Origin: Patescibacteria group bacterium
GTDB taxonomy: Bacteria; Patescibacteriota; Minisyncoccia; Phycocordibacterales; Phycocordibacteraceae
Reading direction: 5' to 3'
Length of the DNA stretch: 64,000 bases
NCBI GenBank assembly: GCA_019752595.1
Contig: JAIELV010000001.1
Span: 553,209 to 617,208, forward strand
Positions 37,788 to 47,412 of this stretch are shown here, in pieces. Both the position numbers and the translations under genes were made by a program. Below the pieces are notes generated by a model. The model did not search any database and was not told the DNA's origin. It saw only the letters and a program-made list of their open reading frames with translations. Each line of letters opens with the position of its first letter. Positions within the stretch are counted from its first letter, which is position 1.

Positions 37788-38474
37788 ATGATTAAAAAAT
37801 CACGACATGGAGTTGCCCCAGGCGAGTATTATCATATTTTTAACCGCGGAAGTAATCGTAGCGCTATCTTTACCGACAAAGCAGAGCGCCAGCGATTTCT
37901 TTTCAACATCCTGTACCTGCAATCCCCCGAATCGTTCAGGAACGTAAATCGTATTTCGGGAAATTATACCCCTGACGAAGGATTCCCTGTGTCCGCTGAA
38001 GCGACGGAAGCGATACTGAAGAATCGCTACGTAGAACTAGTGTCATTCTGTCTCATGCCGAACCACTTCCACCTTATGGTCAAAGAGGTAGAAGACGGCG
38101 GAATTGCGAAGTATATGCACCGTGTGGCGGTTGGGTATGCAAAGTATTTCGGTGAAAAACATGAACATTCAGGGCATGTGTTCCAAGGCTCATATAAAGC
38201 CGTCCCTGTGACTGACAATCGCCAGCTTCTTTACCTTTCGGCCTATATACACAAAAATCCACACGAACTTGCTGACTGGAAAGGGCGCGAGGCTGAATAT
38301 CCGTGGTCATCGCTCCAAGACTTCACTGTCGCGAACCGTTGGGGAGGATTGATTGTGCCTGACATCATTACAGGGCAATTCGAACAAACAAAAAACAGCA
38401 ATTACGCTGATTTTGTGAAAAGCTCAACCGCGAAACTTCTTAAAGAAGAACTTGCTGACCTCAATCTCCCGTAA
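37788..38474 (+). mobile_element. REP-associated tyrosine transposase (RAYT, Y1/HUH, IS200-like)
   Basis: YYHIFNRG, CLMPNHFHL (HuH), GHVFQGSYK, YIHKNP, YPWSS; flanked by REPs. Confidence 0.92.
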
Positions 38475-38478
38475 AACA

Positions 38479-38507
38479 AAAAGTGCTATACTTAGTATAG
38501 CACTTTT
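38479..38507. repeat. REP palindrome right of RAYT
   Basis: aaaagtgctatacttagtatagcactttt. Confidence 0.85.
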
Positions 38508-38519
38508 GGATTTGAGAAA

Positions 38520-38548
38520 ACAAAAACAGCCCCTGCGGGCTGTTTTTG
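38520..38548. terminator. Bidirectional terminator between rplB and RAYT
   Basis: acaaaaacagccc-ctgc-gggctgtttttgt. Confidence 0.75.
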
Positions 38549-38553
38549 TTTCG

Positions 38554-39411
38554 TTATGCGCCCTTTCGTTTCTTGCCGACTTTGCGACGAGAAACAATGA
38601 ACGGATTCGAGTATTTCTTCGGTGTGCGCGACTTCTGACCCTTGCCTGTCGGCTTGCCCCACATGCTCTTTGCACGGCGCAAACCTCGACCCTGACGTCC
38701 CTCTCCTCCTCCGTGTGGGTGGTCTACTGGGTTCATTGCAGTACCGCGAACGGTTGGGCGGATACCCATGCGGCGTGAGCGGCCTGCTTTACCAAGTTCA
38801 ACCAAGTGATGCGACGGATTTGAAACTTCTCCAATTGATGCCCATGCAGTATCAACGACTTTACGAATTTCAGTAGAAGGAAGTTTCAACTGTGCGTAGC
38901 CAGCGTCCAATGCCACGAGCTCCGCGTAATTTCCAGCTGAGCGTCCAAACTTTGCTCCACCGTTTGCGTGAATTTCAATATTGTAGATGAACGTACCGAC
39001 AGGAATATTTCTGAGTGGCAAGCGGTTACCAGGAGTGATTGGTGCGGTTTCTGACGAAATAACCGTGTCATCAACTTTCAAAGACTGAGGGGCGAGGATG
39101 TAGCGACGTTCACCGTCTTTGTAGACAACGCGCGCGATAAAGCCCGAGCGGAAAGGGTCGTACTCAATGTGCTCTACGCGACCTGGAATATTTTTCTTAT
39201 CAAAAATGAAATCCACGATGCGCACGCGTTTCTTGTGTCCGCCTCCTTGGTGACGAGTGGTAATGCGACCCGCAGAGTTTCGTCCTGCACGGTTCTTCTT
39301 ACCCTTCGTCAAAGATTTGAGCGGGGTATCCGTCGTGAGGTAGTCACGGTAACGAACAACGCTCATGTGGCGTGTGCTTTTTGTTCTTGCTTTGTAGTTT
39401 CTAATAGACAT
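38554..39411 (-). CDS. rplB: 50S ribosomal protein L2
   Basis: GRITTRHQGGGHK, RGTAMNPVDHPHGGGEG. Confidence 0.98.
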   Translation of the reverse strand: MSIRNYKARTKSTRHMSVVRYRDYLTTDTPLKSLTKGKKNRAGRNSAGRITTRHQGGGHKKRVRIVDFIFDKKNIPGRVEHIEYDPFRSGFIARVVYKDGERRYILAPQSLKVDDTVISSETAPITPGNRLPLRNIPVGTFIYNIEIHANGGAKFGRSAGNYAELVALDAGYAQLKLPSTEIRKVVDTAWASIGEVSNPSHHLVELGKAGRSRRMGIRPTVRGTAMNPVDHPHGGGEGRQGRGLRRAKSMWGKPTGKGQKSRTPKKYSNPFIVSRRKVGKKRKGA

Positions 39412-39428
39412 ATGTTTTCGTTATCAAA

Positions 39429-39827
39429 TTATGAGAACTGAATTTCCTGACCTTTCTTCAAAGTGACATATGCTTTTCTTCCTGCGCTCGATTTACCGAA
39501 ACCGCGCTTCGTGCGCATACGTACGCGCTTTGCAGGAGTGTTTACGGTCGTAACCTTAATCGGATCAACTTTGTAGAGCTTCTTCACCGCGTCCGCAACA
39601 TCCTTCTTCGTCGCATTTTTGCGAATATCAAATGTGTACACATGATTCACCGTCATGTTTGCAGCTTTTTCAGTTATGCGTGGGCGAACCAAGACATCCT
39701 TCACGCCGAGAACTGCAACTACTTTTGCAACTTTCTTTTCTGCAGGCGCAGCAACAGTTTTAGCCGCTGCCTTTTTCTGAGGAGCTGCTTTCTTTGTCTC
39801 TGCTTTTTTGTTTCCGAAGATTGCCAT
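39429..39827 (-). CDS. rplW: 50S ribosomal protein L23 (N-terminal extension)
   Basis: PRITEKA, RKAYVTLKKG. Confidence 0.94.
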   Translation of the reverse strand: MAIFGNKKAETKKAAPQKKAAAKTVAAPAEKKVAKVVAVLGVKDVLVRPRITEKAANMTVNHVYTFDIRKNATKKDVADAVKKLYKVDPIKVTTVNTPAKRVRMRTKRGFGKSSAGRKAYVTLKKGQEIQFS

Positions 39828-39837
39828 ACAGTTTTAT

Positions 39838-40506
39838 TTATTTACTCTCGAGGCGTGATGCCAAAAGTTTAACGCTTGCTTCAGGGTTGACCACAACCAA
39901 GTAGCGGTATTTCAAGATATCAACTGGGTTTGCGTTTCGTGTTTCTTCAGTCATGACGTTACCCATGTTGCTGAAGCTTTTCATAACTGCGTCTGATTTA
40001 CCACTCAAGAGGAAAAGTGCTGCGTTGTTCCTTCGTGTCGCCAATTCTGCAAATCCTTTTACCTTTGCAAGACCTCCGAGAGCTGCCTTTGCGTCTTTCG
40101 TCTTTGGTGCTGTCATCGGGAGTGAGTCAACAAACAACAAGCGTCCGTCTTTCATTTTCTGGGTAAGCGCAATCGCAACTGCCTTTGCGCGCATTTTCTT
40201 GTTCAACTTTTGAGAATAATCCTTGTCTTTCAAAGGTCCGTGTGTTGTACCTCCGCCTCTCCAAATCGGTGAACGAATAGAACCGTGGCGAGCGCGACCT
40301 GTGCCTTTCTGCTTCCACGGCTTCTTGCCTCCTCCACGAACATCACCGCGGCCCTTGGTGTGCGCAACGGGAGTTCTCTTGTTTGCTTCAATACCAAGAA
40401 CAATCTGGCGCAACAGTGCGTCATTTCTCTTTGCGTCAAACAAAGCCTCTGGGAGTTCTACTGACCCGACTTCGCTACCTTTGATGTTGTAAACCGATGC
40501 TTTCAT
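39838..40506 (-). CDS. rplD: 50S ribosomal protein L4
   Basis: KKPWKQKGTGRARHGSIRSP. Confidence 0.97.
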   Translation of the reverse strand: MKASVYNIKGSEVGSVELPEALFDAKRNDALLRQIVLGIEANKRTPVAHTKGRGDVRGGGKKPWKQKGTGRARHGSIRSPIWRGGGTTHGPLKDKDYSQKLNKKMRAKAVAIALTQKMKDGRLLFVDSLPMTAPKTKDAKAALGGLAKVKGFAELATRRNNAALFLLSGKSDAVMKSFSNMGNVMTEETRNANPVDILKYRYLVVVNPEASVKLLASRLESK

Positions 40507-40507
40507 A

Positions 40508-41116
40508 TTATTTTGAAACTATCTCGACGAGCGTACCGCGGCGACCAGGAACAGCTCCTTCGATAAGGAGTTCTCCCTTTTCCACGTCAACGCGAATAAC
40601 AGTAAGATTCGGAACCGTAATGCGGTCACCCCCCATGCGGCCTGCCATTTTCATACCCTTCACCACGCGACCTCCTGCGCGACCTGGACCGCCTCCTGAA
40701 GAACCTCTTTCGCGTTCAGAGTGTTTCTGACCGTGTGTGCGAGGACCTCCTGCAAAACCGTGGCGCTTCACCACGCCCTGGAAACCTTTACCTTTTGAAA
40801 TTGCGGAAACCTGTACTTTCTCTCCTTCTTTAAAATCAGTTGCCAAAACTTCATTGCCAACAGCAAATGCAGAAACATCGTCCATGCGAAATTCTTTCAA
40901 GCCACGGACGTTGCCTTTCGGCTTCTGTGCTTTGTTGATGCGAAATTCTTTCTGCTCACCATACCCCACCTGAACTGCCGTATAGCCGTCCGTCTCTTTG
41001 CTTTTGACCTGAGTAACAACAGTCTTCTGAAGTACGAGCACAGTGACAGGATGAACCACGCCATCTGCGTCGAAGACCTGCGTCATGCCTTTTTTTGTTC
41101 CTAGAATGAATTTCAT
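40508..41116 (-). CDS. rplC: 50S ribosomal protein L3
   Basis: KKGMTQ, SKGKGFQGVVKRHGF, MAGRMG. Confidence 0.97.
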   Translation of the reverse strand: MKFILGTKKGMTQVFDADGVVHPVTVLVLQKTVVTQVKSKETDGYTAVQVGYGEQKEFRINKAQKPKGNVRGLKEFRMDDVSAFAVGNEVLATDFKEGEKVQVSAISKGKGFQGVVKRHGFAGGPRTHGQKHSERERGSSGGGPGRAGGRVVKGMKMAGRMGGDRITVPNLTVIRVDVEKGELLIEGAVPGRRGTLVEIVSK

Positions 41117-41209
41117 GAAAGAAAAATGCGCTCAAAGTATTCCTGCTTTGTGCGCGAATACCATTGGTCCGAAAGTTGCCTATTGGGCTTTCGTACGTAG
41201 CGTTAGGAG

Positions 41210-41238
41210 ACTATACATGAGGGTCAAAAAAGATGCAA
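41210..41238 (-). promoter_or_regulatory. Promoter for rplC, followed by a structured leader
   Basis: TTGCAT-17 nt-TATAGT. Confidence 0.6.
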
Positions 41239-41242
41239 GGAT

Positions 41243-41629
41243 CTATGTTTGACGAATTTCCCTTAAAAACAAATCGTGAACTGCAAGCGTTCTTTTGAGG
41301 TTACTCAACCGAATACCGTCGTCAGAGGGGCTCACCTGTTCGGTTTTAATGAGACTTTGGAGAATTTGAATATTTAACTCTAGAGAACCAGTTATGGTAG
41401 CAGGGACGTACTGCTTCTTTGGCCCGCGTCCCGTCATCAAATGTGCCTCTAAAAAACCTTCTGGGTTGGAAGTTGCAAAAGCCTGTTCTACAAGATCAAC
41501 CACTCGCCTACTTAATTCGTCCATTGTTCTTTGACTATCCTCACTCCAATGCATTCGCTCAATCTCTCGGCCTAAACGCTCCGATTGCCTAGCGCGCCAC
41601 GCCTTTTTCATCCTATTAATCCATTCCAT
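41243..41629 (-). CDS. Hypothetical protein inserted between rpsJ and rplC
   Basis: 128-aa ORF following the rpsJ terminator. Confidence 0.65.
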   Translation of the reverse strand: MEWINRMKKAWRARQSERLGREIERMHWSEDSQRTMDELSRRVVDLVEQAFATSNPEGFLEAHLMTGRGPKKQYVPATITGSLELNIQILQSLIKTEQVSPSDDGIRLSNLKRTLAVHDLFLREIRQT

Positions 41630-41680
41630 ATTTTTTATAGTAACAAAAAACCACCCTTTCGGGCGGTTTTTTGTTTTGCT

Positions 41681-42061
41681 TTAGAGCATCTTCACATCAA
41701 CCGAAACCCCAGACGGCAATGACAAGTTTGTCAGAGCGTCGATGATTTTCGGAGTCGGATTCAAGATGTCGATGATTCTTTTGTGTGTGCGGATTTCAAA
41801 CTGCTCACGGGCATCTTTGTAGATGAACGTTGAAGCGTTGACCGTAAATTTTCTGATATCAGTTGGAAGTGGTACGGGACCCACAATCACCGCATCAAAG
41901 CGGAGTGCGGTATCAATAATCTGCTTCACTGATTGATCAAGAACTTTATGGTCATAGCCGCGAACTTTCAGGCGCAGTTTTGCTGCTGCCGCTTCCGCTG
42001 CTTTTGCTGTCTTTGCCGAGCTCTTTCGAGAAGGCGTCTTTTTTGTAGTTGATTCAGCCAT
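41681..42061 (-). CDS. rpsJ: 30S ribosomal protein S10
   Basis: GPVPLPT, REQFEIRTHKR. Confidence 0.97.
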   Translation of the reverse strand: MAESTTKKTPSRKSSAKTAKAAEAAAAKLRLKVRGYDHKVLDQSVKQIIDTALRFDAVIVGPVPLPTDIRKFTVNASTFIYKDAREQFEIRTHKRIIDILNPTPKIIDALTNLSLPSGVSVDVKML

Positions 42062-42083
42062 ATGTGTACGCCTTCTCAGAGAA

Positions 42084-43280
42084 CTAAGCTACGATTTTCG
42101 TTACGACACCTGCGCCTACAGTCTTGCCTCCTTCACGGATAGCGAAGCGCTGCTGCTCTTCAAGTGCGACTGGTGCAACCAACTTCACTTTGAATTTGGT
42201 TGTGTCACCTGGCATAACCATTTCAACGCCTTCAGGCAAGGTTACATCTCCTGTCACGTCCGTCGTACGAACGTAGAACTGAGGTTTGTAGCCAGTGAAG
42301 AACGGCGTGTGGCGACCTCCTTCTTCCTTAGAAAGAATGTAGACCTCTGCTTCGAAATCAGTGTGCGGCGTAACTGAACCAGTCTTGCACAACACCTGAC
42401 CGCGGTGCACGTCTTCCTTCTTTGTACCGCGCAAGAGAATACCTGCGTTGTCGCCTGCCATACCTGACTGAAGCGACTTGTTGAACATTTCGATACCAGT
42501 GATGGTGGTCTTGACTGTCGGCTGAAGACCGATGATTTCAACTTCTTCACCAACCTTGATTTCTCCGCGTTCAATACGGCCCGTAACTACGGTACCGCGA
42601 CCTTCAATTGAGAAGATGTCTTCAATCGGCATCAAGAACGGCTTTGCGATATCGCGGACTGGGTCAGGAATAAATTCATCGAGTGCTTTCGCGAGCTCCA
42701 TGACTTTGTCTGACCATTCATTGCCTACTGCTGGGTTTTCAAGAGCCTTGAGGCCTGAACCACGGATAACCGGAGTTGCCTTGCCATCGAAGCCTTGCTT
42801 GGTCAAAAGTTCACGGACTTCTTCTTCAACCAAATCCACGAGGTCTTTATCGTCAACCATGTCTACCTTGTTGAGGAAGACGATGATTTTCGGAACGCCG
42901 ACCTGTTTAGCGAGGAGGATGTGTTCACGCGTCTGGGGCATCACACCGTCGGTTGCTGCAACCACGAGCACTGCGCCGTCCATTTGAGCGGCACCCGTAA
43001 TCATGTTCTTGATGTAGTCGGCGTGACCTGGAGCGTCGATGTGCGCATAGTGGCGCTTCGGCGTTTCATACTCCGAGTGGGAGAGAGAAATAGTAATACC
43101 ACGTGCCTTTTCTTCAGGCGCGTTGTCGATCTGATCAACACCTTTGACGGTTGCCGTATAGCCATTCCCTGCCTTTGAAAGGACAGTGAGGATGGCAGCA
43201 GTGAGTGTCGTCTTGCCGTGGTCCACGTGGCCGATAGTACCGACGTTGACGTGGGGCTTTGTTCTTGCAAAATCTACCAT
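42084..43280 (-). CDS. tuf: Elongation factor Tu
   Basis: [28 protein letters not shown]. Confidence 0.99.
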   Translation of the reverse strand: MVDFARTKPHVNVGTIGHVDHGKTTLTAAILTVLSKAGNGYTATVKGVDQIDNAPEEKARGITISLSHSEYETPKRHYAHIDAPGHADYIKNMITGAAQMDGAVLVVAATDGVMPQTREHILLAKQVGVPKIIVFLNKVDMVDDKDLVDLVEEEVRELLTKQGFDGKATPVIRGSGLKALENPAVGNEWSDKVMELAKALDEFIPDPVRDIAKPFLMPIEDIFSIEGRGTVVTGRIERGEIKVGEEVEIIGLQPTVKTTITGIEMFNKSLQSGMAGDNAGILLRGTKKEDVHRGQVLCKTGSVTPHTDFEAEVYILSKEEGGRHTPFFTGYKPQFYVRTTDVTGDVTLPEGVEMVMPGDTTKFKVKLVAPVALEEQQRFAIREGGKTVGAGVVTKIVA

Positions 43281-43460
43281 ACGTTTTTATTAATTTTTTA
43301 ATTAACTTTTTACTTGTTTTAAAGAGCCTGCACAATAGAGCTCTTTGCCTCGCCTTAGGCCTCTAAAACCAGAGCCCATAGACGAAAAGAACGCGTGAAG
43401 CGTTAGGGTTAGTGTACGCATTCTTCGGAAACCGTCAAGTTTTCTAGGCTTCAATTCTCT

Positions 43461-43718
43461 TTATGCCTTATGCCGATCTCTCGCCACCCCTGTTGAAAGA
43501 ACAAACCTCTCCCCTTGTGCGGGCGCGGAATCAAAAAGCACCTCGTAGTTACTCCCCTGGCACGCCCCACCGATTGTCGAGCTATGTCGCGGTATCAGTG
43601 CACGGGATGGCTGATATGGATTATGTGGAGCAACCCTGAAGGTGGTTCTGCAAAAACGACACGTCACACTCCTTGGTGGAAGAGGCCCGAAGTCTTTTCT
43701 CGACTCAGGTGCTGCCAT
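43461..43718 (-). CDS. Zn-ribbon microprotein
   Basis: CRFC...IPRH......CQG. Confidence 0.6.
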   Translation of the reverse strand: MAAPESRKDFGPLPPRSVTCRFCRTTFRVAPHNPYQPSRALIPRHSSTIGGACQGSNYEVLFDSAPAQGERFVLSTGVARDRHKA

Positions 43719-43784
43719 GTACTTATAATTCTACCTATCAAAAAACAATACGCTACCACCGAGTGTGCTTTGGCCGAACAAGGG

Positions 43785-43949
43785 TTACCGTCCCATACAT
43801 AATTGCTCATCCCAATTTTTATGACTCGGAATCGGCGTATACCCCCCAGCGTGAGGACGATACAAACGCACAAAACGATTACACTTCGGGCACGCGGTGT
43901 ACTCGGGTTCAGTAAAAATGTCGCTCCCTTCTTTGCTGTTGAATACCAT
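43785..43949 (-). CDS. Zn-ribbon microprotein (54 aa, not in the ORF track), paralog of 43461-43718
   Basis: Hand translation MVFNSKEGSDIFTEPEYTACPKCNRFVRLYRPHAGGYTPIPSHKNWDEQLCMGR. Confidence 0.6.
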   Translation of the reverse strand: MVFNSKEGSDIFTEPEYTACPKCNRFVRLYRPHAGGYTPIPSHKNWDEQLCMGR

Positions 43950-43958
43950 CTTCCCGCA

Positions 43959-44147
43959 TTAGTGAAGACGACTAAAAACCTGTGCTCCCATGAGGGTAAG
44001 ACACACTGCACCGCCACAATAATCCCCTTCGCGCGCAAGCATCGTACAGTCGTCCTCTGCACAGGTTTTATGTCCGCTCATCGGAGGCGGGATACGAAAT
44101 ACATCTCCAGACAAAACCCCTCTCTCGTGAGATTGAGCAGCTGACAT
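43959..44147 (-). CDS. Cys-rich microprotein
   Basis: CAEDDC...CGGAVC; starts about 10 nt after the fusA stop. Confidence 0.5.
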   Translation of the reverse strand: MSAAQSHERGVLSGDVFRIPPPMSGHKTCAEDDCTMLAREGDYCGGAVCLTLMGAQVFSRLH

Positions 44148-44158
44148 AAAGAGTGAAT

Positions 44159-46306
44159 TTATTTACGTGCGGCCTTGATGGTCTCCGCGACGTTTTGCGG
44201 TACGACTTCGTAGTGATCGAATTCCATAGTCATTGAACCTCGGCCTTCAGTCATCGAGCGAAGTGCGGTGGTATAACCGAACATTTCAGAAAGCGGTACT
44301 TTTGCGTTCACCACTTTTGCGAGTCCGCGGTCTTCCATGCTTTCAATCTGTCCGCGTTTCGAGGTGATGTGCCCAGTGATGTCACCCATGAATTTTTCAG
44401 GAACAACAATCTCCACTTTCATGATCGGCTCAAGAATAACGGGCTTTGCGCGCGCTGCAGCATCCTTGAATGCCTGTGAAGCAGCGATTTTGAAGGCGAT
44501 TTCCGATGAGTCGACGTCGTGGTACGAACCGTCGTTCAGCTCAAGTGAAATGTCTTCCATCTTGTAACCTGCAACGATACCGCGCTCCATTGCTTCCCTT
44601 ACACCCTTCTCAACAGCTGGAATGAATTCCTGAGGAATAACACCTCCCTTAATGTTGTTGATGAATTCGAAGTGGTCGTATCGCTTAACGTTGTTCTTAA
44701 TCTTTGCGCCTTCTTCCAATTTCTCGAGCGGTTTAATCTTGATGACGACGTGACCGTACTGACCCTTACCTCCTGTTTGCTTGATGTATTTGTTGTCGGC
44801 TTCAGCTTCTTTTTGAATCGTCTCACGGTACGCCACCTGTGGCTTGCCTGTGTTTGCGTTCACATTGAACTCGCGCTTCATGCGGTCAATGATAATTTCC
44901 AGGTGCAGCTCACCCATGCCTGAAATAATGGTTTCCATTGTTTCAGTGTCAGACGACACGCGGAATGTTGGATCTTCGTCAGAAAGTTTCTTCATCGCAA
45001 GACCCATTTTTTCTTGGTCCGCTTTTGTTGCTGGTTCAATTCTCATTGAAACCACTGGTTCAGGGAATTTAATTTCCTCCAACACAATTGGGTTCTCTTC
45101 GTCAGAAAATGTGTGCGATGTTTTTGCTTCTTTAAGTCCTACGGCTGCAGCGATTTCTCCTGCAAACACCTCTTTCACTTCTTCACGCTTGTCCGCCTGC
45201 AGACGCACAATGCGTCCAAGGCGTTCCTTCGTGCCTGTTGTTGAGTTGTAGATGTATGAGCCAGCTGCAATTGAGCCTGAGTACACGCGGAAGAATGTCA
45301 GCGCACCGACGAATGGGTCTGTCTGAAGTTTGAACGCGAGCGCACAGAACGGTTCACTGTCCGATGCGTTTCGAATAACCTCTTCCCCTGTTTTCGGGCT
45401 AATGCCTTTTACAGGAGGAATGTCCAACGGTGACGGAAGGTATTCAACGACGGCATCCAAAACCAGCTGAACGCCTTTGTTTTTCAAAGCGGAACCTGCA
45501 AACACAGGAACAATTTTGTTTTCAATGACTGCCTTTCTGAGAATTTTCTTCAACTCAACTATCGAGGGCTCCTTGCCTTCAAGGTATGCGTTCATCGCAA
45601 CGTCGTCTTCAGCAACAATTTTTTCAATCAATTCCGCGCGGTACTTTGCGGCATCAGCTTTCAAATTTTCAGGAATTGCCTCACGACGGATAGTCTCGCC
45701 CATGTCGCCGTCAAAATACACAGCGTCGTTTTCGAGAAGATCAATAACTCCGTTGTGCTCTCCTTCTTCGCCGATAGGAATCTGCATACGAACCGCTTGC
45801 TTGGTGAGACGATCAAGAATAGAAGCGTACGAGCGTTCAAAAGAAGCACCCGTTCTGTCCAATTTATTGATGAAACAAATGCGTGGCACTTTTCCTTCGT
45901 CCGCATAGCGCCAGTTAGTTTCCGACTGTGGCTCGACGCCTGCAACGCCGTCAAACACCACAACCGCTCCGTCCAAAACGCGAAGCGAGCGCTTCACCTC
46001 GACGGTGAAGTCGATGTGTCCAGGGGTGTCGATAATATTGAAACGAATTTTCTGAGCTGTATCTTTTTTATCAGCAACGTATGTCGGTGACCAGAAACAC
46101 GTAACCGCAGCTGCCGTAATAGTGATGCCGCGCTCGCGCTCCTGTTCCATCCAGTCAGTGGTGGTCTCACCTTCGTGCACCTCACCGATTTTGTGCTGAG
46201 AGCCTGTGTAGTACAGCACGCGTTCTGAGGTCGTAGTCTTACCTGCGTCAATGTGCGCAATGATTCCGAAGTTTCGGGTACGGTCGAGTGGGTAGTCGCG
46301 TGCCAT
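44159..46306 (-). CDS. fusA: Elongation factor G
   Basis: AHIDAGKTT, DTPGH, NKLD, GSYHDVDSSE. Confidence 0.99.
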   Translation of the reverse strand: MARDYPLDRTRNFGIIAHIDAGKTTTSERVLYYTGSQHKIGEVHEGETTTDWMEQERERGITITAAAVTCFWSPTYVADKKDTAQKIRFNIIDTPGHIDFTVEVKRSLRVLDGAVVVFDGVAGVEPQSETNWRYADEGKVPRICFINKLDRTGASFERSYASILDRLTKQAVRMQIPIGEEGEHNGVIDLLENDAVYFDGDMGETIRREAIPENLKADAAKYRAELIEKIVAEDDVAMNAYLEGKEPSIVELKKILRKAVIENKIVPVFAGSALKNKGVQLVLDAVVEYLPSPLDIPPVKGISPKTGEEVIRNASDSEPFCALAFKLQTDPFVGALTFFRVYSGSIAAGSYIYNSTTGTKERLGRIVRLQADKREEVKEVFAGEIAAAVGLKEAKTSHTFSDEENPIVLEEIKFPEPVVSMRIEPATKADQEKMGLAMKKLSDEDPTFRVSSDTETMETIISGMGELHLEIIIDRMKREFNVNANTGKPQVAYRETIQKEAEADNKYIKQTGGKGQYGHVVIKIKPLEKLEEGAKIKNNVKRYDHFEFINNIKGGVIPQEFIPAVEKGVREAMERGIVAGYKMEDISLELNDGSYHDVDSSEIAFKIAASQAFKDAAARAKPVILEPIMKVEIVVPEKFMGDITGHITSKRGQIESMEDRGLAKVVNAKVPLSEMFGYTTALRSMTEGRGSMTMEFDHYEVVPQNVAETIKAARK

Positions 46307-46326
46307 GGTTAATTTTATTATTTAAT

Positions 46327-46515
46327 TTATTTTTTTCTATCTAAATCCAAGAAATTCCACATCGCGTCCCCCTGGCCTTTACTGATCGGGGAGAAGCCTC
46401 CCTGTCCCAAGACAAACGCTTCGCCTGGCGCAGACCTTTTCGGACGTCTTTCATTACTGCCCTGTTCTTGGGCTTCAGAACGCCCCCCTTCGATTACTTT
46501 TGGTTTCCAGACCAT
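46327..46515 (-). CDS. Small hypothetical protein upstream of fusA
   Basis: 62-aa ORF between a promoter-like box and fusA. Confidence 0.5.
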   Translation of the reverse strand: MVWKPKVIEGGRSEAQEQGSNERRPKRSAPGEAFVLGQGGFSPISKGQGDAMWNFLDLDRKK

Positions 46516-46588
46516 ACATCAGTAAAAACAAAAACGCCGAAGCGTTACAAGCAAGAATACTGGAGATTGTAAAAAAATCAATCAATTA

Positions 46589-46783
46589 TTAGTCCCCTGT
46601 GCGTTTCGGCGCCTCCTTTCCAGTCAAACCAGCCCTTACAGCATTCAAATGTTCCAAGGCTCTTCCTCCTCCTGCTTGGCGCTGAAGTGCCTTAACGACG
46701 CGTGCAGCTTCCTCAGCATATCGAGCATTCACGGTTCGGATGAGAGCCGCCTCTTCATGCCCCATAACATTTCGACTTGTCAT
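46589..46783 (-). CDS. Small hypothetical protein
   Basis: 64-aa ORF after the rpsG terminator. Confidence 0.5.
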   Translation of the reverse strand: MTSRNVMGHEEAALIRTVNARYAEEAARVVKALQRQAGGGRALEHLNAVRAGLTGKEAPKRTGD

Positions 46784-46819
46784 ATTTCTAATGTACCGAA
46801 CTCCGACAAATACGCAATA

Positions 46820-46937
46820 AAAAAGCCCCAGTTTGGGGCTTTCGGGAACTACGATCGAGTGAGTGAGGGGAATGGAAATTTATTTACATTCCCGAACGAG
46901 CGATGATCGAAAGCAATTTGCCTTCGGCAAATTGCTT
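46820..46937. repeat. Composite hairpins plus terminator after rpsG
   Basis: aagcaatttgcc-ttc-ggcaaattgctt; gggaatg..cattccc; aaagcccc..ggggcttt. Confidence 0.6.
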
Positions 46938-47406
46938 ACCAAGCGAGATGGGCAAACGCGCGGTTTGATTCCGCCATGCGGTGCACGTCTTCGCGTTTCT
47001 TGATTGCAGAACCTTCGTTCTTCACTGCTGCCAAGAGTTCGTCAGCCAATTTTTGAGCCATCGGTTTACCTTTACCTGCGCGTGCTGCAGCCACAATCCA
47101 GCGGAATGCCAAAGAGCGACGGCGTTCAGGGCGTACTTCGCGTGGCACCTGGTAGTTTGCACCTCCCACGCGGCGTGAGCGTACTTCAACAGTCGGAGCG
47201 ACATTCTGAATTGCGGTTTCAAAGATAACTAGAGGGTCGGCAGATGCATCACGCTTCTTGATTTCATCAAGCGCGGCGTAAACCACCGAGCGAGCAACTG
47301 ATTTTTTACCGTCCTGCATGATGACGTTTATAAAACGTGCCAAAAGCTCAGACTGGTATTTAGCCTCGGGAGCAACGGTATGTTTATTTTTTATCTTTCG
47401 TCTCAT
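46936..47406 (-). CDS. rpsG: 30S ribosomal protein S7
   Basis: EVRSRRVGGANYQVP, HRMAESNRAFAH. Confidence 0.98.
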   Translation of the reverse strand: MRRKIKNKHTVAPEAKYQSELLARFINVIMQDGKKSVARSVVYAALDEIKKRDASADPLVIFETAIQNVAPTVEVRSRRVGGANYQVPREVRPERRRSLAFRWIVAAARAGKGKPMAQKLADELLAAVKNEGSAIKKREDVHRMAESNRAFAHLAW

Positions 47407-47412
47407 GAAATA

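Noticed and set aside
43664-44144. Track ORFs 43803-44144(+), 43664-44062(-) and 43673-43915(+)
   Set aside because: They overlap better-supported minus-strand micro-ORFs with paralogous Cys motifs
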